From Asterionella formosa (lineage: Eukaryota): a stretch of DNA of 64,000 nt. The notes under the pieces are model-generated. The model worked only from the letters and a program-made list of their open reading frames with translations. It made no database searches and was not told the DNA's origin. The position numbers and the translations under genes are program-made. The stretch lies in contig NKIB01012750.1 of the NCBI GenBank assembly GCA_002256025.1, forward strand, positions 1 through 64,000, in the 5' to 3' direction. The stretch's first letter is position 1. Each line of letters opens with the position of its first letter. Below are positions 34,729-47,607 of the stretch, one piece after another.

Positions 34729-35892
34729 TCAAATCACTGATGACTTGCATATGGGAAGGTAAAATATTCTGAAACCCACAACAACGCAACAGACAAGACT
34801 AATGGAAAAGAAAACGAGTTCCAAAAAGTGGAAGTATGGAAGGAATCCTTTTTTCACCTGCCTTTTGGGTAGTCCACTTGAATTTTCCTCATTATTCAAA
34901 GCCATGTAGTAGTCGACTTTTGGTGGGAATATATTGATGAGCATTGCTTTGAATAAATCGTCTAGATCCAATATGAATTACAATGCTGTCGCACTAAAAG
35001 CAATGTTATAAGTGTCCAGCTGGAGGAAAATATACCAAAGATTGACCAGGTATGCCAAAGGCTCATATACAAAGTACATGAATTGGTCACAGATTTTTGT
35101 ATACATAATGAATCCACCAGTTTGAGTAATGCTTCCACCAGTAAGGTTGAGTCCAAATTGCTGAACTTTCTGAATTAACCGGAAAACCAGGCTCAAGAAG
35201 TAAATGCAAGCGATGGTGCCAGCAAGTGATCCATTGTCTATATGGCTAGCTTCTTCTGCAGCTCCTTGTTTCTTTGGAAAAAGTCTTCCATAGAAACTGA
35301 GTCATAATCTCTCCAAGCACTGATAGCCATCACAATCGGAACGATCAATTGAATGACGAAAATAAGAATCAGGAGAAATTTCGAGAAATTACAAGCCCAT
35401 TGTAGTGAGTCGGTTGTTTGATGAAACCTGATTAAGGTCACGAGGCGGACATCCCGACTGGTTTCGATGTAAGTCTCCCATTCATTGATGCTCGTTTTAC
35501 TCTTTTCCTCAAGTTCAGCCATAGTTTGAGCAGTGAGAGGAATCCTAGCATAAGCAATTGCTGCCCCATTCGAAATTGGCATCCCCCATGATTTCGCTGC
35601 AAAAATCAAATTGATAGAAATCCCCACCTCCGTTTCTGATGTTTCGTACTATGGCTGTAGCAACAACTACTTCTCGTTTGGCATGTGTGGATGTCGCCGA
35701 ATTTGTTGGTATCTGGAAGCCAGGCACACTGTTTAGTTCTATCTTCAACGTTTCCAAACCACGATCAGTCAAAGCCCTCAGCATTTCACTCCAGATTATG
35801 TTGAATTCAACAATGGCTGCATTATGATTTAGAACATCTCTCGTAAATACAGCAATCACGGGAGGGAGGGAGAGGAAGGACCACAGGGGCAA
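34729..35892 (-). pseudogene. Possible fragmented multi-pass membrane protein gene, family not recognised
   Basis: Chain of overlapping minus-strand ORFs (35892-35545, 35627-35238, 35196-34978, 34971-34729) with several hydrophobic segments, broken by frameshifts and stops. Confidence 0.35.
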
Positions 35893-38800
35893 TCGTAGTC
35901 ATTATTGTTACTAGTAAAGACTAAGGAAAGCCTATGTGCGAGGATATTTGCAATGCTATTCTATTGGTCTAAACAGTTTACTATTGAGTAAGTTTAGAAA
36001 TTATAATGCAATTATGCTGTTCCTGAATATCAATTATATTTGTTCAAGGACAATTGAATATAAATTTGAAATTGAAATGTTGACGAAAATAATATGCTGA
36101 CAGAAAATATACCACTGATATACAGGTACACATAGAGCCATTGCGGACTTGTTGTCATTGCGGATAGGATTCGGATACCAGGGCAATATCAAACATGGCT
36201 AAATATTATTAAGAAGCTAAAGGAATATTACCCCTCATCAGCCAATAGCAAAACGTACGCAACATTTTCACATTCTGAAAACTGACATAAACTGGTAACG
36301 GTTCCCGGCTTGCATTGTCGCTTCGTGTGTTTGGGTCAGGTATCATATTGAATCTGGCGAGTACTGAAGGTAATACACGACCGAGGGTGGAGACTGCCTG
36401 CGAGTATTCTTGTGTTCGAGGCTTGGGAGGCGCGAGTAGGTTGACTGAACGAGTGGCGCCCACGGCGCTGCGAGAAGGTCAATCTGCGAGGGCCTCCCAA
36501 GCCGAGTACACAAGATTACGAGTAGGCAGACTCCTCCCGAGTAGGGTATTACCTAGGCAATTCACAAACTAGCTATCGGCGCGCTTTTCGCCACTACATT
36601 GCCCTTTCAGTTAACATTGAAAACCTATTTTAGATAGTTTGTACGCTGGATGCGAACTAGCCTATTGCCCATCACATAAAACATATATTGTAGATTTCAT
36701 ATGTACAGTTTTTTGATTACTCAATCCTGCAATTGCCCATTATATAAACATTTTTTGTTTATTTCATATGCTCCGTTTTTCCACTGCCAAAGTACCTTCA
36801 ATATTTTCAACAGCCCCTAGATTTTATTGCTGAAATCGACTGCCGTTTATTTAAGGGAATTTGATTACTGATATCTATGGCCCCTCAATTGACTGCCGTT
36901 TACTTACGGAAAATCGACTGCCGAAATTGGACGAGAGTAGGAGGAGCTACATGAAGGCACGAAATGATGGTTTTCTTTCACGTGTTGGCGGCAATTCCAC
37001 TATTTACATCCCTGCCATCTTTCAGCATGCTCCGATGTATACAAAATCTGGTCATTGATGTCTCAAACATCGACTCTTCATCAAATGGATCTGGCTAGTT
37101 GTTGGATAATTCGACTTCTTATGGGATTCATATCTTCGCATCGTGCTTGCTTCGTCACAGTGGCGCCAAAATTTCGGTTCCCCTTTCTGTTGATTTCCGA
37201 TAGCCTTTCCGGTCAACTCCTTCGCTAGATTTGATATGTGGTGATAAATAAATTAATGATTGTTCAGAAGCGACCTCAATCAGTCGTTGGGTATCAAAAC
37301 TCAAAACGTTATGGTAGGTCAAAGTTAGGCTTCCATCTCGTCATGGAACCGGTATTTTCGTCAGATATGATCAGCCGTTAAATTTTAACTATAATTTTGT
37401 AGTATGTTTTCTACATTCTACACTATCTCAAATCAGATCTCGGCAGCATGTTTTAGTGCTCATGTGTTGACTTTTTCCCGCTGCTCTACAATAGCATTGT
37501 TTCATTGCTTTCTAATCACAATATTGCTTTTGTTACTTCTGCATAATCTTCTAGAATGACAACAAAAAGTCGTCAATCTCAATGAGCTATCGCAAACTCC
37601 GCCGCAAAGCATCCGGAACATGATGGAATCGGTGTTCTGCATTAACTCGTATTCAACAAGGAAGAGAGGACAGGTATGTGCTTGTTGATTGTTGTTGTCA
37701 TATTTGAGTTCCTGCCATGGTCAAGTATACTAATTATGAAACATATTTCTTCCTCTTCAGAACGTTGATGAAGGCTATTGTCATGTTACTCCTCCACTTC
37801 CTGCGATGCAACAAATCAGTATCCACTGGTCAAACCAGCTTGTCCAATGAGGTGAAATATGTTGCCAGTTGTTTGTTGTTTTACAAGTTATAATTTACAC
37901 ACACTAACATTATTCTTTTCCTGTTTTCCAACGCTAGCAAGCCACATTGTTTATCGAAACTCACACGAAGATTGCAAAGTCTCCAGGTCGCAAACAATGT
38001 GGGCAATGTCTCTCGCCAGCACCTACAACATATCACTTCATTGCTCCCTATCAACCTAATCAAAACTTTCCTCCTCAATTTTCCAATTAACAAACGTCCA
38101 CATCAGCCAGAGAATTTTCGACGCATCCTGCTCCTGCTCCTCCTCCTGCCGGATACTGCCAGAATTCTGCACCGCCAGCACCAAGAAACCTCCGCTATCA
38201 AGCTGTTGCTCTTCCAACACCTCAGCAACCACAAGTCCAAATCAATTCATAAACCAGCATTGCCTCAAAATCATGCAACATTCCATGTAGTCGCGCGTAC
38301 TTCTGCGAAGTTCGCCATCATCAGACATCTACCGGATACTTACGCTGATTTTCGTAGAAATGTTCGGACAATAGGCTGGTTTTTCTACCAAAGTATGAAC
38401 TTTAGTGCATTCCCAGTTGATAGATTCTCACGGTATATCTTGCACTTCTATATAAAAACAATGTAATATAACCCAACATAAAATATATACTGGTAAAAAT
38501 TCCTCAGACTACATCTAGTAGTCTTTGGACACCTGTTGACATCAACAGCCTAACAGACAAATTCTGACACCTTCCCCTTACCACATCATCCCAAGCAATG
38601 TGTACGCTCAACACACCCTGCTTCTCTTTTTTGCTTCGTCTCTTTTTCTATTTTGCCTTTCTGTTCTTGCTGAGGACTCAAACTGTTGACCTCTTGTTTT
38701 CATATACATTCACATACCACTTCTACTAACAAGCATGCTACCATGTTGAAATTTATAGCACTTCTTCCTAGCGCACTCCACTACTGCCCTGGAATGACTG

Positions 38801-39644
38801 GTCAAGATCTTTCTTGTGCCGCTTGTTTTGCATATTATTCTGCTGTATGAATACTGTCTATTACCGTTTATACATTCCTCAGACTACATCTAGTCTTCGG
38901 ACACCTGTCGACATCAATAGCCTAACAGACACATTCTGACACAGTGGTTGTTAGGCATCAGTTCAGTTCTACTGGACAAAGTACCAGCATTCTGTGTACC
39001 TTGACCGGAAAATTGTTTGGTATTGGAGAAAATGATCAAACTGTTGATCATCAAGATGAACTCAGTAAAGCTAGTGATTTTCGGTTGAAGTTATAGTGAA
39101 GATCACCTTCACGGCGTTCTCCCAGATGATTGTTCGGTAGCTGCCTGGTACTAGTAGGTCGTAGCAGCATCCTACCAAAGGCTAAATTAATTTATGGAAT
39201 CCTGTGATGTGTACACGGATAAGTTTTTCGTGAGTTCAAGTGTGTTTGAAAGAATTTTGATACATGCATCATGATCAACACACTTACCAGTACACACCAT
39301 GGCATCATTGTTCCATCATTTCATTGCTGCAAGACTGGATGGCTGCCCATATTAATCATCTTCTTGGTGAATGCTTATTGCGCTTGGTAGGCTTTGCAGG
39401 AAGTCATTGAATATTCGCTTGATGCAGGTTGAAATGGACAAGCTAAGCAAGAAGTAGTAAAGCATGTTTGATAATATCAAAATAAATGATTATTCTTTTT
39501 TTGATTTGCCACTACTATATTATTTCCTTTTGTCACAAATCTTTCCCTTTCCTCCATAATGCGCGCCTGCAGAACTTGGCTACTACTATAATCAGCAGAA
39601 CCATGTTTAATGTTTGACAGGTTTTTTTTTTGCAATTTCTTTTC

Positions 39645-40000
39645 ATAGTCAGCAGTTTCTAGTCGTAGTCAGCAGTTTCTACTTTTAGTCAGCAAATTCT
39701 ACTTGTAGTCAGCAAATTCTTGTCGCTGTCAGCAAAAAGGTAGGATCATTCCCATGTTGATTCCAAAGCTGGAAGACGGTTTGCTGAACATGTTCATCAG
39801 TCAGCAAATCTGAGTTGTGTTCAGAGACTGATTCTGAAAATTGTCTTCTGTCAATAAGAGTAATGTTTTACGAAATTACATAAGGAATATTATTTACATG
39901 GGAAGCTGGCCTATCTCAGCATCCAACAGGCATGAGACAATCCATTGGGAGTGCGTCGAAACTGAAAGGTGCGCATAGAACGTCCGCTGCCAGACCTTCC
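39645..40000 (+). repeat. Dispersed repeat family with TCAGCAAA subrepeats (copy 2)
   Basis: GTCAGCA[A/G][A/T]TTCT tandem units followed by a shared block; ends GACCTTCC like copy 3. Confidence 0.8.
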
Positions 40001-40472
40001 TGCTGCCAATGTACCAGGGTACCAGGTACCTGGTCCCTGTACCAGGTAACAGGTAACAGGTAATAAATAATGTATCAGTTGGTCACAGCGGTTCCAAAGT
40101 TTTTTACTGGTCCTACCTACCATACTCCCAATCCTATCTTAGGTGTTAATCATGGACCAGGTTACGGGTACCTTGTACCTGCTTAAGTCACCGGGTTGGT
40201 ACCTGGTACCCTCGTACCAGTGCATCCATGACAAGAAAAGATTTGTCGCAAGAAAACAGGTGTGCAGCAACCGGCAGATGGTTCTCGTCGAGTTGACGAC
40301 CAAACTTAACTTCAATCCTGTCGTTGCAACTGTACAATAAGAGTGCACAGCTTCCATTTTGCGGTTCACAGTTACTACATACACGCGGATGACCGAACAG
40401 GTTAGTAGACACAAACACAAACTATTTACACTATTCCCCACACAATAATAGGCTACCGGTATTTCACAAACA

Positions 40473-42332
40473 ATGATGCAATCGCAACCATCACCACCGA
40501 ATTCCAAGATTCGTCGGTCGTTGTCTAATTTTAATCCAACAGACATTTCGAAACAATATGCTTTGAACAACCAAATCTTGGCAGCCTTTGATTCATCCTA
40601 TGGGCACAACCTTTATCAAGTTGCCTATGCCATTGGGATGCAATTTGTTGAAATGGCCTTGTTGGAAATTCCGAAGCATGGATATTACCAAAGTTCGCGA
40701 CATCTTGTCGAAAAGCAAGAAAGTGCACGGGATGCACTTCGAGTTAGTCAATTGCTACAGAAAATGATCCAAGAGGAATGGGACGCACTCCATGCCACGA
40801 CATCTACCGGTAGCCAGAAGAAGGAGCCATCATCCGGAAAGGTCAAACTAGCGACCCAAGAAGCGGAATTGGAGAAGGTAAAACAATTTGTCAAATTAGC
40901 AAACGATCAAGCGTCGAATACTAAGGAAACAAAGCAATTGGAAGAAGACCGAGCGAAATTGGAAGAAAGGATACAAGGAACGATGGACACAACAAACTTT
41001 TGTGGACAATGGGCAGAATATGCTGATCTGATCAATGCAGCGATATGTCCCCAACAACAGCAGCATCAGCAGCAACAAGGAATAGCAACACGAGGCTCGT
41101 TTGTCAAGACCCCTTCGTCATTCCTACTTGATGGGTCATACAACTGGAATAGCAGTACCAAGTCCGTCATGCGGACCAGAAATGATTTTATTGATGACAA
41201 TGGCTCTGCAGCTACGTCGACAGAGATTTTTGTCTCCTCCTTTCAACGACAGCCATCGGAACTTTCCATTCAACCAACAAGTTGGAATGACTCGTCCTTG
41301 CGTGCATCATCACCTTGGAGCTATTACAATAACAACGGAAATGACCTATCGTTCGCTTCTGGAGAGTCGCGCGAAGCCTTCTTGTTGCAACGAAAAACGT
41401 CGGAACTGGAAATCGAACGAGCACTGTGGTTGAGTGGATTGGAAATCCAAGCAACATTGGAATTAACACCCACGCCATCATCGTCCGAACACAAGGAACC
41501 ACCGTTACGGCGCACCAAATCACATTCGGACATAACCATTTCTGTGCTGGCGGCACTCTATCATGAAGATTTTGCTATGCTTTGTTCCACAAGTCGAGTC
41601 CGAGTAAATCATATGACCACCTTTCAAGGAAGGTTACCAGAAACTGTCAATGGATGTACAGTGATTGCCCCATTGTTATGCATCCACCACTTTCACAGCT
41701 CATGGGACGAACGAGGGCCAGATATGGGGTTGCCGGATGAAACAATTGTGCAAGTTATTGATGAAGCCACCCCTACAATTCTTCCCGAAGTAAGACAACA
41801 GCTCGGTTTGACCAAAAATGCCCTTATTATCCCTTCTGATGTTCATGATTATTTGATTGATCGCTCATTGTTGAACCCAGAGCAGTTTGTGACCGTATGT
41901 GGAGGAAATGTTCTAGATGCAGATCATGTGAATGACTTTGTCCACCAACTTGCGGGTGCCAATGGTCCTGATACACGTTTAGGAGGAAGGAAGGTTGCAG
42001 CAACACTATTCTTTCATGAACACGTTGTTACCATTCAAAAATTGTTGCGAGACGATTATGGAGAGGCATGGTATGATTTGATTGACTCCTTACCGTCTCA
42101 AAGAACGTACCGACAACCTCAAGAAATTGACGACGATTCTTCTTCCTTTGTTCCATTCGCTGTGCGAGTACGATGTTTCGATGAGGAATCTTTAAAGGCA
42201 TTGATCCGATGGTTTGCGTGTAGTAAATTTTCGGATGAAAACCAACATTATATTGACATGTATGCATGGGATGATCATGAGGCAGACTTTGATCCTAGAG
42301 TATTCCAGGCCTTTATTTGGTCTGAAATGTGA
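40473..42332 (+). CDS. 619-aa protein: USP8/AMSH-like N-terminal helical domain, disordered linker, putative Cys-protease-like C-terminal domain
   Basis: Long intronless ORF. AYAIGMQFVEMALLEIPKHGYY resembles the AMSH/USP8 N-terminal motif; the C-terminus has FQG...NGCTVIA, FFHEHVVTI and YDLIDSL. Confidence 0.75.
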   Translation: MMQSQPSPPNSKIRRSLSNFNPTDISKQYALNNQILAAFDSSYGHNLYQVAYAIGMQFVEMALLEIPKHGYYQSSRHLVEKQESARDALRVSQLLQKMIQEEWDALHATTSTGSQKKEPSSGKVKLATQEAELEKVKQFVKLANDQASNTKETKQLEEDRAKLEERIQGTMDTTNFCGQWAEYADLINAAICPQQQQHQQQQGIATRGSFVKTPSSFLLDGSYNWNSSTKSVMRTRNDFIDDNGSAATSTEIFVSSFQRQPSELSIQPTSWNDSSLRASSPWSYYNNNGNDLSFASGESREAFLLQRKTSELEIERALWLSGLEIQATLELTPTPSSSEHKEPPLRRTKSHSDITISVLAALYHEDFAMLCSTSRVRVNHMTTFQGRLPETVNGCTVIAPLLCIHHFHSSWDERGPDMGLPDETIVQVIDEATPTILPEVRQQLGLTKNALIIPSDVHDYLIDRSLLNPEQFVTVCGGNVLDADHVNDFVHQLAGANGPDTRLGGRKVAATLFFHEHVVTIQKLLRDDYGEAWYDLIDSLPSQRTYRQPQEIDDDSSSFVPFAVRVRCFDEESLKALIRWFACSKFSDENQHYIDMYAWDDHEADFDPRVFQAFIWSEM

Positions 42333-42584
42333 TAACGTCGCGTTTAATACTATACATTGTGGCAGTTGCATTTAGCATATATACAGAACATCGTGAGACT
42401 ATAGTATAACTGTTGCTTTCGCATTTCAAAATCAGCCTCCTTTTTAATGAATTAGTTGTCCAGAGTAAGAATCATCTTTGCTCAACAATACTTCCTGCAT
42501 CAATGAAAAATATTATCAATCGAGCAGCGACGAGAGGAACATGTTGGGTATTGAATATTTTTCCTTCTCGTACGGAATTTTCTT

Positions 42585-44946
42585 TTAGAGGAAAAATGGA
42601 ACAAATGCGATCACCGTCATCATGAGTACTCGATGCATCGACATTCTGTTGCCACTAGACGTCGGGAGTAAACTATTCGATGGTGCGACGTTGCCACCAC
42701 CACTACTGCTGGTAGAATTCGTCGAGGGCTTCTTGACAGGTGAGTTCATAGGAGAAGTAGGTGTGGAAACATTTAATGGAGACGGAGTCACTGTGACAGG
42801 CGATGATGGGACATTATCAGCTGTGGTTGGTGTTGATGCAGAAACTGGACTGCTGCTTCCTCCACACCCTCCACCAACAATGATTAGCAGCGAATTATCC
42901 TCAAAGTCAAAGAATGTTGTATTCTGATACAAAATCACATTGTCGGCACTGACGACCCAGAAACCATCAGGGTACAGTCCTTAGGCACAACGGCGACAGG
43001 AATATCCATTAGCAAACATATTTGACACAGAACGTTTTTTGTAAGCCACACAAAACCCCGCTCTTACCGTCTCCTGCAGTGTCTTTGATGAAAAATACAT
43101 ACTCTCCCTCTGATAGATCAACAGAGAACTGGTAAAGCGTCAACGGATCAAGATTGGTGGAATTAACATCCAAAATGGATATCTGATTCCCCGTGCAAGT
43201 GTTTACATATCCCAACGACGTTTGACCAGGAAAATCATCAGTGGACAGAAGCACGTCAATGCTGGCATTGGGACTAGACAGATACTTGGGAGTGCAAATG
43301 CCATCGCCAACCACAACCACGAATGCGTCAATATCAAACGCAACGGACGAATCAATCGAATACAAGACTTGTCCATCTGAAGAAAAGACCACACCACCAG
43401 AACCGATAAACCCTACAAAGAATAAGTTTAGCCAACAAATTCCTTTTTATCGGTGCTGAAGTGAAAGTACACAAATCAGCGTACTTACCGTCTTTGCTTT
43501 GATCCACCGTTGCGAAGATGTATCCTCCATTTGAAACAGTGAGCGACTCGGTGTATTCCGTATTCGCCGATTGTAGCCCCTCCAACATAAAACTTTTAAC
43601 GCCATCGCACAAATTTAACGCAAGCACAGTGGTATCTCCTGGATTGATGTCTGAAGTCAGAGCAACATTCACAATCGCCGTTGGGCCAGGGAGATATACA
43701 TCACCGCTACCAGCAGGATTGTTTGAATCCGGTGGTCTCGTAGAATAATTGGTGTCGGTGCATGTTCCATTCAATACACACGAAATCCAGTCATTGAAGA
43801 AACTCACTCGAGTGGAAATGTCAGGAAATGCTTTTTGAGCACACCCAACTCCAAATGACGTGATACCCACCTGAATGTCATCCGCAGGAGTAGCGCCCAA
43901 TATAATATAGGGGCCACCTATTATGTAGGTGATGAATAGAATCATGAACCAATGAGAAATAATGTCGATAGTATTGTAATATCTTGCCAAATCAAAAACA
44001 ATTCAGAAACGTGCAAACGCGAGGTATGCGAGACTTACCTGAGTCTCCCTGACATGCACCTTTCCCGCCAGTGGCATCGTAACCCGAACAAAGCATAGTC
44101 GAAGCATTGATTTGAGATTGAAAGCTCAGGACGTTTTGATAATCGGAAATGCACTGATCAATATTCACTGTTGGTAAATCAACTTGCAACAGCGAACTAC
44201 TGCTTGATCCACCTTCGGTCGTCAAGCCAAGTCCAATCGCAGTGGTGAGCTGGCCGTCGGCGGGGATGGATGCATCGACATTGAGGCCAATGGGTGTAAC
44301 TCCCGACACGGGTTCGTCAAAAAACAGCAACGCAATATCATTGTTGTTGGTGTCATGATCATACTCTGGATGGATATATATAGTCGAGACCGGTCGGTCG
44401 TAGACACCTCTTAAATCGTCGACACTCGTATAGTTCACATAGACTGTTGGCAACGCGAATCCATAGTTTCCCACACAATGTGCTAACATCATACAGTATA
44501 TTACCCAGCCATCACATCATACAGGCAAACAAGAGTGAGTTGCTTGAGTGTATGATGTTGTGATGGCCGGCACCGTCTTGCCATGATGTAGTTGGGGGCC
44601 GGGGGAATTGGCTACATAGTGTTCATCTCCTGCACGTACCTGCAGTCATGACGCAATTGTCCCGAATCAGCGACCCTCCGCAGGAGAGGACAAGACCAGG
44701 AGTGTCAATGCTTGTCTCTTGAAAGCGTGTGAAGTACGGATATCGGCTCGTAATGGCAGCAGTACCACCGACAATGCGCGTACTGACCGTTTCGGCGGGT
44801 GCAGCAGTGCTGCCAAGGACCTCATTGGTGAAGACCCCAGCAAGAAAACCGGAGCCAGCCGGTGGTGCAGTGGCCGTCATGGTGGTGGCAAAGGTACCAT
44901 TGCATAAAAGTGTAGACACCAGAAGAGAGGTAAAGCGTTTCATCAT
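42585..44946 (-). CDS. Secreted S1 (trypsin-fold) serine protease with two C-terminal repeat domains, S/T/P stalk and GPI-like tail; 5 exons (44946-44640, 44482-44039, 43917-43489, 43412-43068, 42979-42585)
   Basis: Signal peptide, R|IVGG, CGGSLI, TA|AHC, NNDIALL and CQGDS|GGP across GT-AG introns. Two TxDxxPGxT...DxxxDG units; hydrophobic C-terminus. Confidence 0.9.
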
Positions 44947-47572
44947 GTTGTTTAGTATTATGACCATAAAGTGTTTGGCGAGATACTTGTGGACAACTCT
45001 TTCTACCTTTGAAACGATTGCCAGGACAGTACTACCGGTACCGGTATTGCCGATACTTAGTCCTATACCGGTAACATAGGTATACGTGGAGGAATATACG
45101 TCCGAGTCACCTTTGTTGTACAGTACCGGTATAGTGGGTAGCAACACCAGGTACCGGGGTACCAGGTACCCTGTTTGGCTTTGAATCGTGATCTCAGTGG
45201 TTACATTTCGTCAACACCAGGCAGTGGTGGTGATAAGCAACGTGATAACCCAGTCGCGCAGGAGGGCTTTTATGGATAGCTATGTCGTGCCTATGTGATA
45301 CTACATGTATATGTATATAGATATCATGTTGTAGATCTACCTGGTACTGTATCAGGTACTTTGTAGACTGTTCGTCACTACCATTATTACTTTATGGACG
45401 ATTATGGCTATATAAGGAGATGTACTGGTATATAAACAAATGTCACACTATTTCGCTAAGTATAAAGGCGAGCAGAATAAAGACAATCATAAAATACAAT
45501 TATCAAGCAGCAAGGAATCCTCTGGTAGTGAACCTACGAAAGCTTCCGGATTCCCTTTTGGGAAACCTCTTCAATCCAGCAAAGAAATAAAAAAGCAAGA
45601 ATTAGTGCACCAGGCAGAATTCATCAGCATATAAAGGAACAACCGATAATGACAGTGTAATCGAAGAGGCGCTTCCCAGCGCAGCACCAGTGAACCCAGG
45701 AGCAGCAGCACGTATCCAGCATAATGATTTGAATAAATCTCCACAGAATGAACGAGAATTGAATTCAATCCTGAATGGAAAGAAAATGGCAAAAATATTG
45801 ACAACAAGTGGAAAGACATTAGATACAGGAACAATTGATGATGGCATGATTGAGATTGATGAGGCACCTCAAGGCTCACAAGTGTACCTTTCAGCATTAA
45901 GCATAAAGCAGAGTGAGGTTATTAACTTGCCACAGAAAGAACTTGAGTTGAATTCTATCCTGAAAGGAAAGAAAATGGATAACATAGCTCATGACACTGG
46001 CTCCAATGTCTGCAAAGCAGGCACAGTGGAATACCGGATTATCGACAATGGAGAAGCTACACATTCGTGCAAATGAAGGTATGCATCTGCCATCAAAGAT
46101 TTCGAAACCATTCGATATAGAAGCACGAAAATACTTTAAGATGGGACCAACTATCTCCCAAAACAACGGCACATAAATGTGCCCAAGTCCTTTGCCACAA
46201 AAAGGACAAACTAAGATCAACACTTCCTTCACAGGTCATATGAAAAGGTGAAGAATTGACAGACTCAAATACCTTCTGCACCTCACAGCACCACTCTGCA
46301 CTCACTTACACCTTGACAGTCGGTTGAAAAGGTGTTCCCACACCCATCATCCCCACTTGACGGCGCCAGAAGTCAATACGTATGATATGTTGATATCAGG
46401 AGGGTTAGAATTTTTTAAACCCAGGCTGTTCACGCCAGGAAGTGCCATGCAAGCTGCCCTATATCCAATAGAGTACCTTTAAGGCGCTAAAAAAAGAAGC
46501 TATTATATCAAATATAATAGCAACGCATGTCAATGAAATTTTATAATAAGTAGAGCTATCCAAAAATCACACTTGTGCCCACTTGAATGGAAACAATAAG
46601 TACCGGTTTTATTAATCAATTTTAAAGCACATCCAGCATCTTACTATTATACTATTTCAAGAGTTGCCGTCTTTGCACTCCATTGCCCATATAAACAAGG
46701 TGGTGAGGTGTTGGAAAGGAATGGGTGGTAGTCACTTCCTCCAGAGGAAGTAGTTTAAAAATGTGCTCGCTTCATTCTTGGTTCAGTTCTCTATGACTGC
46801 ACTTCCTCTTGTGTCAGCCGGAGAATTGGATGGTAAGTGTGGATCAGCTTAAAGCTTTCTATTTGGCACCACTTCTGATGGTGGTTCTAATTGAAGTATC
46901 CGTAACTAGAGATGATTCCCGGGCTTCCAACTCATTGTCTGCATCAACATAAAAAATATTGCTTTTAGCTGAGCACCGTCTGTGGCTTTTATTTCTCTGT
47001 CTTCTTCTTTATTAGTACATGGCCATTCTTGTAGTATTCCTCTTCTTGCTCTGTAATGGCGTTCATTGTTTTGGAAAAGAAGGTAACTCTTTTCTTGTTA
47101 GTTTCTCTTGTTATCTTTGCGTGGATCTCCTTCTCCTCTTGTTGCGCTGATACCACTGCCTTGAATTCCCCAATTGTAGGGTTTGTGTCAAATGCCCAAT
47201 CGACATCCATGCAATCGCCTGTGTTCGCTGCTTCTGTATTAACAAGTTTTGTCTGTTTTCCATCTCCTCCTCCATCTGTATTCTCTTTCTTTCAGATTTC
47301 ATAATTATCATCTTAGTATGGATCTATCCCACATGAATGATTTGTTCTTTCTCTGCTTGGTGGGCCGCTTGGATAGCCCCTTTCATCATGGTTAATTTGG
47401 TCGTTTTTAGACATTGTGAGGAACTATCGGGACCCATAGGTCCCTGTAGCTGGAATACCACGAAATTCTGTGATCAGCGCTGCGTTACTGTTGTAGTACT
47501 ACTAGTCTTTGTAAACTCGCCTTTTCGACTTGGAAAAAAGCAGCTACATAAGGAGATGTACATATGATGGTA

Positions 47573-47574
<2 letters not shown>

Positions 47575-47604
<30 letters not shown>
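47575..47604. repeat. (TA)n microsatellite
   Basis: About 14 TA units. Confidence 0.95.

Positions 47605-47607
<3 letters not shown>

Noticed and set aside
37557..38466. Possible spliced Pro-rich gene fragment
   Set aside because: Early in-frame stop, no recognisable domain and no consistent exon chain.
45440..47400. Short ORFs, including a repeated ELNSILxGKKM segment
   Set aside because: Fragmentary, no family recognised; probably decayed repeat-derived sequence.
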